A DNA stretch of 64,000 bases. Source: Novakomyces olei (taxonomy: Eukaryota). Position numbers and translations under genes: made by a program. The stretch is taken from assembly GCA_016906335.1 (NCBI GenBank), contig JADEYG010000001.1:1488001-1552000 (forward strand). Reading direction: 5' to 3'. The notes under the pieces were generated by a model. It was not told the origin of the DNA. It ran no database searches and was given only the letters and a program-made list of their open reading frames with translations. Positions 52,288 to 64,000 of the stretch are shown in pieces (within the stretch, counting starts at the first letter, position 1; every line of letters begins with the position of its first letter).

Positions 52288-55005
52288 TCATCGAGTCTTT
52301 TTCGCCTCGACAGGTTTTGTGCGCTCGACAACATCTGATTCTGCCTCGGCCGGCACTTTAGAATCATCGAGAGCTGCCTGCTTTTGCTCTTCTTCTGCCG
52401 ACTGCCCAAACTCGTTGGCCCGTGTTTTGTCCACCTTGTAGATCCAACTTTGGTACAGATAAACGACAAACACGACATCATCCCTGAAGCAGGCAATTCC
52501 TAAACTGTTAGCATCGCTGTTTCAAGATACGGTGTTTGAATTACGGTGGAGGAGCGGCATAGTAACGACAAACGAGAAAAAGTCATCTACAATAGTATTC
52601 AAAAACTTGTAGACTAGAGTCCTTGCGGGCATATGGGCCACGGATTTGAGTTTGTAATTAATGTAGAGCCCGGGAATCATCGTCATAAAGCCCCAGGTGT
52701 ACACAAATCTTGATATTAGTATGTTTAATGCGAGAATTGCGATAATGGCCTACCCCACAAGTGTCTTTATGATAAACGAGTACCAGCTTTTGTGCGTATC
52801 ATACAGTAGCGAGTAGCCGGCATAGGCAGCAAGCAACGGAATTGCCACCCATATCAGATATTTATAGGCAACTTGATCAGCCTCATCCGTCTTGCGCTCC
52901 GTCTCACTCAGCTGATGCTTGTCCTCAAAACGAATGCGGTATGGGATAATTGAATTTACTTGCACAAGTTTAACATCCACGGCTTTTGTTACTTTCCACG
53001 CTTCCACCACGATCCCAAAGCCTTGAGTCCCAAGAATGACCCAGGAAGTTTCCTCGCTGCTATCAATAAGATAGAGGAAAACAATTATTTGCATAATGAC
53101 ATTGCTTAGAATGCTGCGGAATGATATGCCCACATTATCTTTTCTCGAGCGCCAATGCGAGATATCTGGATTTTAGTTAGTTTTAAGACCGCCACTGATC
53201 AGTTATAGTAAAATTTTATGTTATTTCCATTTAGCAATTCGAGTGTATTTTTATCGAATAAATATAAACATAAATATTTTGATGCTTTTTAAACAAGACG
53301 CTCATACCGTTCTTAAATGCCAGAAATTCGAATAAAGAGTGCAGGCACGAAACTAGAATTGTAGTCACCAAAAGGTAGACATTTGTCTCGAGGAAAATAC
53401 GTTTCACTTCTTCGATCTCGCCACCACTTGACTTTTGGCCGAAAGCATTAGGCTGCTCTTGCTGCGCTTTTAGAGACTGCTCAAAGGAAACGTAGAGATT
53501 CATTTTCCATAGAGCCAAAGGCTCAATAGTTAAATGTAACGGAAGCGAGCTTTAAAATGTTAGCATCTTAATAGCACAATTTAAATTATTTTTTTAAAAC
53601 ATTTTGGTAATAATATCAACTCAAAACAATACAACGAACCTGACGCTTGCGTTAATAGGCATCATATGATCCTTGAGCTGCCAAAATTCGTTAGGATACA
53701 CTATCGGATAATAGTAACCCTTTTTGCCAGTGGCGTCCCGTCGATCGTGGCTGTCAACAGGAATATCTAGGCAAAATGTAAGTTGTACTCAGGTTTGAAA
53801 CAAAGAATGATTTCAGGAAATAAAAAGTATTACAATTTTGCAAAGGCGGGGGAGACGATGCATATTGCATTGTTCCTACGCTTGGAACCAGATTGATTGT
53901 AGTATTTGGATGCCAGTAAGATACAATTGGCAATTTGCCTCCGGATTGAGGCTCTTCACTATCATTAATTTCACCTTCGTCGTCTGAACCCAAAAGATGC
54001 TTCTCCTTTTTCTCCTTTCGCTGAGGCAAGTATTTGACAAGCTCTAACATCTGGTTAGCATCGTATTCATTATGAGAAAGCAATTAAACACTCTTAGCTT
54101 GACAATTCAATGCAGAAAAAACCAGGAAGAGACAAAAACCAAAAAATAAACACAGAACCAGACAAGGTCAAAGACGGAAAAAACGACATAGCTAATACTG
54201 GCAGAAAGAAGCTTACGATGGCTGTAGCGAATACTGTTATCGCTCTCAATAGGACTAGCTACCGTATTGCGTGGATCGAGCGAAAGAAAAAGGTGAGCAT
54301 ATAGCGAACCATTGTGCTGCACTGATTCGGAGATAGGCAAGTCTATATCTACCTTGTACCACTCATCGCTGCCAGTAAACACATCGTCGCGTTCAAGGAC
54401 AGGAACAGCCGGCTCAGATGATCCCAAGAAATAATTAGAGTCTTCAGATATGTATAACCTCAAATCCTGATCGTCAGTTTCTGTAATTATAGTTGGGTTT
54501 AGAATTTAGTTATTAATTTTCTTGATTTCGCATCTTTCTAGGATATTGCTTTTTCAAAACGAAATACCAGATGAGTGCCTTTAGGCCAGATTGGGTCAAC
54601 TTGCAACGGTAAAGGTGTCCGCTCGTACACGACAGATCCATCGGGACTTAAAGGTGCAGATGAAGGCGCTGACGAATTATTGCCAGATAATTTGCCTGAG
54701 TATTAGAGCAATCCCCAAAATAATTCAAATGACAGATGAAATCGAAAAAGGCACAAAAATAAATCGACAAAAATAATAATAAAAACTAAAAAAAAAAACC
54801 AAAAAGAATCAAATCAACAGATAAAAGAAAGAGCAAAAAAGGCGGACGACTGTCAAAACGGGATAATGAGCGGACTACCAAATAAGAACTGGACAGCAGC
54901 AAAGATCAAAACACCACGTGAAATGGCTTGAAACATGGAGTAAAAGCTGGATCCTCCGCCGCCGTTTCGTGGTGCAGCATTGCCGTTCTGCTGTCGATCT
55001 GCCAT
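52288..55005 (-). CDS. CLPTM1-family ER membrane protein, 9 exons
   Basis: 'VQHNGSLYAH', 'SYWHPN', 'YYPIVYPNEFW', 'ETNVYLL', 'FEFLAFKN|DISHW', 'FMTMIPGLYINYKLKSVAH', 'YKVDKTRANEFG'. Confidence 0.92.
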
Positions 55006-55537
55006 TCTGCAGGATAGCGCGAACGACGTAAACCCCGAACCCTTTCTAAAAGTATCGCTTACGTTATGGCGTATTATTTCGCACGACGACGTTTTATAAC
55101 CCTAACTCTACGAGTATCCTTATTTTATTCCTTTGCGATTTTTATTGCGGCAAGTATAGGCGCACAAGATACTTACAAAACTTAACTAGTAAACATGGAC
55201 GAGGGAGAGACATCGGGTCTGTTGAACAGACAACAAACAAAACTAAATGAATACTTTTCATGTACAATAATGTACAGACAAAATCAAGTCTACTTGGCAG
55301 TGCGCAATGGACAGTAGCACAGAGTTGGAATCTAAAAGAATGTTATTGGTGCCAAAGGATAGGATCAGGTTTTGCTTGCGCAAATCAAGTCATAGTTGCA
55401 ATGTATTTGGTACAGCTACTTTAAGCAAATCTGGCTCGGCCTCAACATTATTTACTAAACGGCCCGCCCGGCCCATTTGTATAGACGTATGATAAGCAAA
55501 AAGCTAATTTTAAACGTATGTATGATTCATGAAATAT

Positions 55538-57274
55538 TTAAGAGCCTGTAGGCTCCTGTGCCGGCGCAGATGGAGGCCTCGGAATACCGTCGCTAAGGAT
55601 ACTGCTCAAACTCGTCTTCATTTGAGCAAACTGTTCCTTTTCACGTTGCTTTTCCTCCTCAAGCATCTTGGGCCCATTCTCTCTTAGATAAGCTTGGAAC
55701 TCGGCATAAGCTGCCTGTGCACGCTGCCGTTGTTGATCAATTAGCAACGGCGGTGGACCTCCATTGCTGGGTTTTCCTCCCGTTAAACTGCCAAACAAAG
55801 CCCCAAGGCCGTGTGAAGATTTGCGCTTCTGATCTTCCTGCCATCGGTTAGCCACAGCTTCACGAAGAGCTTTCTCGCGGGCAGCATATTCAGTGGCCAC
55901 GTCCTTGTCGCCGTACGATCGGATTAGAGGGCGTACGTCCTGCACGTCCATTGCGGCAACGTCTACACGATGTTAGCCAAGAAAAAATAATTTGAATAAA
56001 AGCGAAAAGGTCATAAACAAGAAGGATTTATATTCTAAAAAATCATACTGAAAAATCATATTCGGAAAAATCATATTCTGAAAGAGGTGATGAAAAATAT
56101 CGTACATTCTAAAAAGGGTATTAGCTTAACAAGCTCCTTGTCATTCGGGTCCCCCTTCCACGGCTTCAATTTAATTGCATTATCAGGTTGCTTGGACCAT
56201 GCATCGGCACTGGTATCGATAAGAATGACCTTGCTCTCAGACCGATTCAAGTATGATAGATCCTGATAGAGTCAGCACAGTAAGTACGAAACAATAAGCT
56301 TAAAGCCGCTAGCATAGTTCTCAATCCAGGACAATACTGAAGATACATACCTTTATATACTTGGAGTCCTCATACTTTGCTGATTCGCGGAAGAGTGCTG
56401 CAGAAATCATTGTGCGGTAAGGATCAAGCTTGGCAATAACTGGGGCTGCAGTCATTGCGTATTGGTTTGTGAAAATAACGATTTCATAGTACTGACTGAG
56501 GTACCCCAAAAAGTAGTCCAAGCCAGGACGCTTTGCAGTTCGCCATCCATGCTCTCGCGACCATTCAGAGTGGATGAGCACATCATCCATCTCGAGAACA
56601 AGGGTAAAAGGCCGATTGTAAGGCTCCGGTAGTGGATCTGGCAACAGCTTTTCAAACGCAGGATCCTTGTAGAAACGGAACAGGCTTCCAGTGCGGGCAC
56701 TTAAGCGACCCCAAACTGCTGCCGGCGAATACCCCGTCGCCACGTCTGGGCGCTCGCTAACTAGCGAATGCTCTGCTACCGTATCAAACGGTCGGGCTTG
56801 GTAGATTCCCAAAGTAACTGCCGCCACAGCAACGGCCCAGACAGCCAACTGAGCACGCTGCTCACGGTGCTCTTCCGCCGTGCTCTTATACTCGCTACGA
56901 GGTTGCTCGCTTTGCTCACCACTGGCTGCCATTACCTGTGCCAATACGTCTGACGAGAGAGAATCGTGTACTTTTTCACCATCTACCCGGCCGCTCGCAT
57001 TTTTATCATCAGCGATCTGCGAGGCACTTTGCGAGTTTTGAGAGTTGGGATTTTCACTGCCCTGCTCAACTCTGTCCGCCGGAGGACTGTGCTTATCTGA
57101 CAGATCCTTTGTCGGCTCATCGCCTTTGCCGGCCGCTGACGAGTTGAATCTTACTGCCGGACCATAAGAAGTGCATCGTGGTAAACAGGGCTGGATGGTG
57201 TTTGTACAGAGTGTTGGACGAGTACGCACTGCAGCAGCCGCTCTTAGAGCGCCTGCAATGGCTCTTGCGCGCAT
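55538..57274 (-). CDS. TIM50: Mitochondrial import translocase subunit Tim50
   Basis: Presequence, one TM, 'LLPDP...PFTLVL', 'HSEWSREHGWRTAKRPG', 'K|DLSYLNR', 'QPDNA', 'DVRP'. Two introns. Confidence 0.95.
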
Positions 57275-57771
57275 ACCGATTTGCTGTGAATTGTCGTCAG
57301 CCGACAAAATTTATTGTTATTTTTTCTATTATTTTTTATATTATTTTTTACATTATTTTTTACATTATTTTTTAAATTATTTCGTATAGTATTATCTTAT
57401 ATTTATGCGTCTCGTTGCAATGTGCGTACCAATATTTTTTATCGACCTATCTTCCACTCGGTACGATAATTGTTGTGCCATATTTCATAGAATTTATTCA
57501 TATAATTATCACATCACATTATGCTCCCACACTGGTATTTTCTTCATAGTCGGCTTTTAATATGACAGCCTGATAAGATTGTGGTAAATTTACGTAGTAA
57601 CCACAACTAATAATTAGGAGGCGGACAATAATTACGAGGTCAAACAATAAAAGCTGTACGCTAAAACTGGCCGAATACCGTAAAAGTCTCCTCTACTATT
57701 TAATTATATGATTAATATATTAAATATAATCAATTCAATCCGCTGGCAAAAAAATTTTACACACGAGTGAA

Positions 57772-58716
57772 ATGGCATTCGGAGATCTCAAGACTGAAGC
57801 GGGCCTGAAACAGCTCAACGACTTTTTGGCGGACAAGTCGTACATTGAAGGGTATGCGCTTTTCTCAATTGCCGCTTGCTGGCAAAATCTGATGGACCGA
57901 TCTGCGTCAAACTTATTTTTTATTATCTTTTCCCTTCCTTGTCTACGAGGCAATATTCTTTGCCAGCATTTATTCCCAGCACGAGGAATCGCAATGATGA
58001 GACCCAACATTGGTCCGTGTTTATGAGACGGCTTAAGACACCGCTCCTTGACTTTTGTTAACAATGTCCTGAGAAAATTTCCGTGCTCTTTACACAATTT
58101 CAGCTTTAAATCTCATGCAGCAATGATCCTTACTTTTAGTGACGCTCCGAGCCAGGCGGATGTGGCAGTGTTCAAGGAGGTGAGCAGCGGCCCGTATGCT
58201 CTCACCAACGTGTCCCGCTGGTACACGCATGTAGCTTCGTTCAACCACGATGAGCTACCAGGCGACAAGAGCAAAAGCGCTGCCTCCTATGGAGCTGCTG
58301 GTGCCGCAGCTGCTGCGCCTGCTGAGGATGAGGACGATATCGATCTCTTTGGCTCTGATGACGAGGAAGTCGACGAGGAGGCTGAGCGTATCAAGGCCGA
58401 GCGTGTGGCAGAGTATAACAAGAAGAAGGCGAACAAGCCAAAGCCAGTTGCTAAATCTCTTGTAACGCTTGATGTCAAGCCATGGGATGATGAGACTGAT
58501 CTGGATGAGATGGAGAAGGCTGTCCGCGCTATCGAGAAGGACGGTCTTGTGTGGGGTCTTTCCAAGCGTGTGCCTGTAGGCTACGGTGTGCACAAGATCC
58601 AGTTCTCTGTCGTTGTTGAGGACGATAAAGTGTCCATTGACGAACTGCAGGAACAGATCCAGGAGATTGAGGATTACGTGCAGAGCTCCGACGTGGCTGC
58701 CATGTCCAAGCTCTAA
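57772..58716 (+). CDS. EFB1: Translation elongation factor 1-beta
   Basis: '[21 protein letters not shown]', '[11 protein letters not shown]', '[11 protein letters not shown]', '[12 protein letters not shown]'. Intron 57852-58139. Confidence 0.97.
57990..58076 (+). ncRNA. snR18: Box C/D snoRNA U18/snR18, intronic in EFB1
   Basis: C box ATGATGA (57994-58000), guide TGGTCCGTGTTT followed by D' ATGA, D box CTGA (58069-72), flanking stem AGCACG/CGTGCT. Yeast snR18 lies in the EFB1 intron. Confidence 0.88.
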
Positions 58717-59216
58717 ACAAACAGTAGATACGTATAACTAGCCAATAAAATAAATGCATTGCGATTAGAATTTCGTGTGTTTGGCGGCAGATTGTAGTTT
58801 ACGACGTTCATGTCCCGACTGTATCTCAACTATACCTCAATTTTTTGATAGTCGTACAAGGGATGCCTCCAATTGACGAATATATACTAATAATTGTAAT
58901 CTATACTCTACAGTGGGAAAGCCTACTCGTGCCCAAACAATTTCATAATAGTGCATGTATTCATTTCAAATTGCAAAATTCTGCTCATGCTCAATCAATG
59001 GTTAATTGAGGGGGTATAATCTGCGCCGCAGCTCGCGCTTAGTCCATAATAAAAATTGCAATTGCGCCTGTTTTTTCAAAATGGTTTCCTTTTCGTTTTC
59101 GACAATCAAACTTTATCTTTTTCCTTCATTCTCTAATTTTTTTTTGTTTGATTTTCTCCCTTTTTTTTTGCTTTATTTCTTGTACCTTACTTTACATCCT
59201 GTCCTTTCCATTCTGG

Positions 59217-61664
59217 TTACGAATCAGCTTTCTCTTCGCCCTTATCGCTCAATCTGGGTTCGTCTTTAGGCTCACTCGATTCCTCAGAGCCAGCCTCATG
59301 GTTCGGCAGAACGGTGAGAGCACCGTCCACCATATCAATATGCACCGTATCACCCGAGCGGACCTGTCCCCTGATCAAAAGCAGCGAAAGAGGATGCAGA
59401 ATAGACCGTTGGATCAGGCGGTTGAGTACACGTGCTCCATAGTCTGGAGACCATCCACTCTGAGCCAGCCAGTCCTTGGCCGCGGCAGAAACGTCCAGAG
59501 TCATACGGCGCTCGGCAATACGATCCTGGACTTCTCCAAGCCTTACATCCACAATCTCTCGGAGACTCTCCTTGCTCAGCCGATTAAACACAATTTGCTC
59601 GTCAATTCTGTTCAAAAACTCGGGTGGGAAAGCTTGCTGAGTGGCCTTTAAGACGAGCTCACGTGCCTCTGGCGATACTCGGCCGTCGACTGAAGCCTTG
59701 TCTCCTGTCAAGTACTCTGAGCCCAAGTTGGACGTCATTACAATCAGTGTCGATCGGAAATCGACTTTACGCCCGTGCGAATCAGTCAGGAATCCTTCGT
59801 CCAAAACCTGCAGCAGGACATTGGCAATATCACGATGTGCCTTTTCCAGCTCATCAAATAGCAGGACAGCATAGGGCTTACGACGCACCGCCTCTGTCAA
59901 CTGGCCAGCGTCATCGAAGCCGACATAGCCTGGTGGAGCACCCACCAGGCGAGATATAGAGTGCCTTTCCTGGAACTCTGACATATCGAACCTGATCATG
60001 GCTGACTCAGAGTCGAAAAGGAACTCGGCCAGTGCCTTTGTAAGCGCTGTTTTCCCCACACCAGTAGGTCCGAGGAAGAGGAAACTAGCAATCGGACGCT
60101 GCTGGTTTTGCAGTCCGGCACGAGAGAGCCTGACTGCGTTTGCAACAGCTGAAATTGCCTCGTCCTGGCCCACAATCTCCTGTTGTAATGACGACTCCAT
60201 GTTTATTAGCCGATCCTTTTCACCACGCATAAGGTTACGTGTAGGGATTCCAGTAGCGTTTGATACTACTCGCGCTATATCGTCCGACGTGACGGCATCG
60301 TGCACCAGCTGAGTGCCCTGTCGCTGACGTAACTCCTCCTCTGGTGGGATCTCCTTTTCAAGCTTTGGGATAATGGCATACTGCAGCTCAGAGGCTCGGG
60401 TATAGTTGCCCTCTCGCTGAGCGTGCTCCAACTCTAACCGTGCCTGCTCCAGTCGGGTACGTGCTCCCTTGACCCGGTCGATTTCTCCTCGTTCTTGCTC
60501 CCAGCGCTCAGTAAGCACTTGCGCCTCCTTTTTCTTGGTCTCGACTTCTTTCTCCAAAGACTCTCGACGTTCAACAGACATGACATCCGTCTCCTGCCTG
60601 AGGGACTCTAGTTCAATCTCCAGAGTCATGACCTGCCTCTCCAGCGTCTGCAGTTCATCTGGTTTGCTCTCCTGTTGCAGCCTCAGGGCAGAGCAGGCTT
60701 CGTCCACTAAATCAATAGCCTTGTCTGGCAGATAGCGGTCGCTTATGTAACGATTTGAATACGTGGCTGCTGTAACCAATGCGGCATCTGTTATACGTAC
60801 ACCGTGGTGCAATTCGTACCTGTTTTTGAGTCCACGCAAGATTGAGATTGCGTCTGCCACACTCGGCTCGTTTACAAAGACGGGCTGAAAGCGTCTTGCC
60901 AAAGCAGCGTCCTTTTCGATATACCGCCGGTACTCGTCCAGTGTAGTGGCCCCACAGCACTGCAGTTCGCCACGGGCCAAAGCGGGTTTCAGCATATTAG
61001 CAGCGTCCACACTGCCTTCCGTTTTGCCAAACCCGAGCAGGATATGAAGCTCATCGATGAACAATATTACTTTTCCATCCGCATCAGCAATGTCTTTAAG
61101 AACTGCTTTTAAGCGCTCCTCAAACTCTCCACGGAACTTGGCTCCGGAAATAAGACTGCCCAAGTCTAGAGCGACTACTCTTTTATCCTGCATGCTTTCT
61201 GGAACGTCTCGGTTCACGATCCGCTGGGCAAGGCCTTCAAGAATAGCTGTTTTGCCCACACCCGCCGGGCCGATGATGGCCGGATTGTTTTTAGACCGAC
61301 GCGAAAGGATCTGGATCGTGCGCCGAATCTCGTCTTCCCGGCCGATAACGGGATCGAGTTTACCAGCACGTGCCAGCTCCGTCAGATCGGTTCCGTACTG
61401 CTTCAAAGCATCGCCTGGCTTAGGCTCCTGCTGCTGTTGCTGACCTCCAAAGTTCATTCCTCCAGGTCCTCCGCTCCCAAAGGAAGCGTACCGTCTTGCA
61501 GAGACGAGATTCACTACTTTTGCCGCGTTTACCGGTTGAACGCGCGGCAAAGCCGAATAAAGTGCAGAACTGCTGAGCCGCGACAAAGGCGGCGTCGGCC
61601 TCAGTGCCGACCGCAGCAGTACACTGCCGCGGTTCCGTGCAGAAGCACTTTTTGCTAGAAACAT
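59217..61664 (-). CDS. HSP78: Mitochondrial ClpB-type disaggregase Hsp78
   Basis: Arg/Ser-rich presequence, no N-domain, 'LDPVIGR', Walker A motifs 'GPAGVGKT' and 'GPTGVGKT', 'GAPPGYVG'. An upstream in-frame ATG exists at 61718. Confidence 0.95.
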   Translation of the reverse strand: MFLAKSASARNRGSVLLRSALRPTPPLSRLSSSALYSALPRVQPVNAAKVVNLVSARRYASFGSGGPGGMNFGGQQQQQEPKPGDALKQYGTDLTELARAGKLDPVIGREDEIRRTIQILSRRSKNNPAIIGPAGVGKTAILEGLAQRIVNRDVPESMQDKRVVALDLGSLISGAKFRGEFEERLKAVLKDIADADGKVILFIDELHILLGFGKTEGSVDAANMLKPALARGELQCCGATTLDEYRRYIEKDAALARRFQPVFVNEPSVADAISILRGLKNRYELHHGVRITDAALVTAATYSNRYISDRYLPDKAIDLVDEACSALRLQQESKPDELQTLERQVMTLEIELESLRQETDVMSVERRESLEKEVETKKKEAQVLTERWEQERGEIDRVKGARTRLEQARLELEHAQREGNYTRASELQYAIIPKLEKEIPPEEELRQRQGTQLVHDAVTSDDIARVVSNATGIPTRNLMRGEKDRLINMESSLQQEIVGQDEAISAVANAVRLSRAGLQNQQRPIASFLFLGPTGVGKTALTKALAEFLFDSESAMIRFDMSEFQERHSISRLVGAPPGYVGFDDAGQLTEAVRRKPYAVLLFDELEKAHRDIANVLLQVLDEGFLTDSHGRKVDFRSTLIVMTSNLGSEYLTGDKASVDGRVSPEARELVLKATQQAFPPEFLNRIDEQIVFNRLSKESLREIVDVRLGEVQDRIAERRMTLDVSAAAKDWLAQSGWSPDYGARVLNRLIQRSILHPLSLLLIRGQVRSGDTVHIDMVDGALTVLPNHEAGSEESSEPKDEPRLSDKGEEKADS

Positions 61665-61949
61665 GATTGCAAAGCTCGGGAGCTTAGCGTCCGGGAGAGC
61701 GCATGTCTTATATGTCATGGAGAGGTCGATCTCGGATTGCCTGTTTGGGACGAGCGAAACCGTTGTAGCGGTATTTTCATGTGTCTGCAAAAAGTCACGA
61801 GAAAATTCCAGTACACTATGGACACACGCCAGACTGTTTCGCTGTCATACACTATCAATTCTGTATATACCAAAGAATTCGCCTATCCTACGTAAGTAAC
61901 GTAGTATGGTTTGCTGACAGCCTGATTGAAAGCCGAGCTTGTCCTCAGT

Positions 61950-62040
61950 AATCTAACTGTAATCTATTATAATCTATCATAACCTATTATAATCTATTAT
62001 AACCTATTATTAATCTAATAATAATCTATTATAATCTAAT
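61950..62040 (+). repeat. Degenerate ~10-bp minisatellite (ATAATCTATT)
   Basis: About 8 copies upstream of HSP78. Confidence 0.8.
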
Positions 62041-62550
62041 AGTGATCGGATTAATCGTATGATGGCAAATAACGACGTTATAGTAGATTGAACTTGACTA
62101 CAGTTTCAGGTCCCGGAGCTGTTCAAAGCTCTTATGACGTGGCCGACCCACAACGCGTTTCTCTCACATTTCCCGCAATTATAGTTAAATGCATGTTTTA
62201 CGTACGAAACTTTAAATTTTTACAAAAGGTGGTAAGCGAGTCCGCCTACTTGCCGCAGCACATTCGCTTTTTACGCGTCTGCAAGCGTACAGGACTCGGG
62301 TCGGACCACGGGCACAAAATCTAGTGGCTCGTTATAGTCTTATATTTGGTACATCCTGGCCACTAAATACAAGTTACAATCATCATGATAATGCATCAAT
62401 TGCTATCACTAGCTTTTGAATGACGGTCGCCACCCTTCAGCAAAACACAAGTAAAGACAAAAAAGAGGAAAAGATCGATCAGAACTAAAAAGGCACGTTG
62501 TGGTATAAGACAAAGGAAGAATGCGGAAAAAGGCGCGGAACCAAGGATCA

Positions 62551-63326
62551 TTAAACTTCAAGAGGCTTATCAAGGTCCGGTGCCTTTTTCTCGGCTGATT
62601 GGTCCGGGATTTCCAACGAAACAGGACCGGGCAGCATTTCGCGGCTGGCCCGTTCCAAGCTGACGTAGAACCGATACAAATAAGCAGCGCTGGCCAGCTC
62701 TAGTATTGAGTAAAGGGATATGACGCACACGATGATAGTCGTAATACGTGCATAGGAGTCCGAGCACTGTTGGTACACTGTGCTCGCAGCCGATGACGGT
62801 GCCCATTGAATCTTGTTGCAAGACGTGTCAAATGCGTCAAAATCTCTGCTGGGAAAAGAAGCATAGATGGCAATCATAGATCCGGCTCGTAGCACGAGAC
62901 AGAGCAGTGACCGTGAAAGCGCACAGCAGGCGTACACGCGTGTATATTCGACATGTGACTATTTCATTAGCAAGCTAGATAAAGGCAATTTAGCATACGA
63001 ATAAGATTGCAATAAAACCAAACACGTCCGCACCGATACAGCACACAAGGTAGAGAAGGGTTGTGGGCACAATTTGGAAGGTGAGAGTGCTTTGGTACTC
63101 GTTATGGACAATAGCGCAAAACAGATGAGCTACAGCAGCAGCGAGTGAAAAATCAATGAGCAATGAAACCGCTACAATAACGAGACAGTTCGACTGATGT
63201 AACCTTTTGGCGCTAGTTAGTAAAATCTTTCTACGTGATTTGCGTCGTGCCAGCCGGACAGCACCGGAATTGTACTCACCAAAGGCGCGGCACCTGTAGA
63301 TGCGAAGAAGCAAGACCTCTCGCCAT
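62551..63326 (-). CDS. Hypothetical four-TM membrane protein, 3 exons
   Basis: ATG 63326, introns 63204-63279 and about 62959-62998. Four hydrophobic segments with a Cys pair in the last loop. Confidence 0.65.
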
Positions 63327-64000
63327 CACAAAAGATGCGTAGACGTCAGCAGCAAAAGTTTGCTGCTGGGTCTCTTGTTGCCCTCTTTTTTTTTTTTTGA
63401 CTGGTTATCCAGCTGATCGGCCGGGCTCGGTGAAACGATTAATTTATAACCTAATCCCCTTCCCTACAGTACATATATCACATTCGCCGTACACGAAATA
63501 ATAACCGTTATAAATAAATGTACATATAATAATATATATATAGTACGAGAATATAACGATGATTAATAATGCTCCGCAAACGTTTCGGCCATAAAATCAT
63601 TGCTTCATCCGTTGGGATAACGCAAATTTATCGATAATGCAATCTATTTTTGCTACGTTTTGAGGCACAGTATATTGCATTGGCAATTTTCATACTCTGT
63701 GCACTCTTCAGTCTACGCTACTTTTCGTATTGTTCAGCTCGAGCGGTCTGCTCGACGACACCCGCTTTGCGTTTCACGTAATAAAATAGTTATTGTCTGA
63801 CGTACACGCACGCACACGCACGCGCCCACGGTAAATCGGCAATTAACGGGTAAAAGAAATAAATGTTGCCAAAGTTTTAGCAACGCATAACCACATATAA
63901 TTCAAAATATATTAATACATCTATTTTTATACATACATCTTGCATGGCCAAATTCCGGCACACAGCACCTGGTTGCTTCTATATCCTATCTTTCTATAAT

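Noticed and set aside
1-64000. Transposons, LTRs, CRISPR arrays, TPP riboswitch, altered genetic code
   Set aside because: No transposase or RT ORFs, long terminal repeats, spacer arrays or riboswitch core motifs were seen; ORF breaks in the recognised genes are explained by spliceosomal introns under the standard code.

Overview
Gene-dense eukaryotic DNA from a compact ascomycete genome. Gene content (nro1/ETT1, FAN1, cdc11, CLPTM1, NEDD8 protease) and short introns suggest a fission-yeast-like or Taphrinomycotina lineage; this is inference. I reconstructed about 31 protein-coding genes, many split by introns (about 60 read by eye), plus one tRNA-Leu(UAG) and a U18/snR18 box C/D snoRNA in the EF-1beta intron. 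No transposon or CRISPR array is evident. The most notable signals are: (1) an inverted forkhead-site palindrome TGTTTAC-N3-GTAAACA, with a nearby TTAGGG telo-box, ahead of both septation-network genes (cdc11, cdc16/BUB2) and an orphan ORF; (2) many purine-AG 3' splice sites (12 AAG, 2 GAG) and one GC-AG intron; (3) an intronless Pma1-type ATPase lacking several conserved membrane carboxylates; (4) an ORF-free, hairpin-rich segment near 46.5-47.1 kb that may be an unannotated ncRNA; (5) a possible Rec10/Red1-like meiotic gene. Exon boundaries and family calls are manual and were not checked by search.
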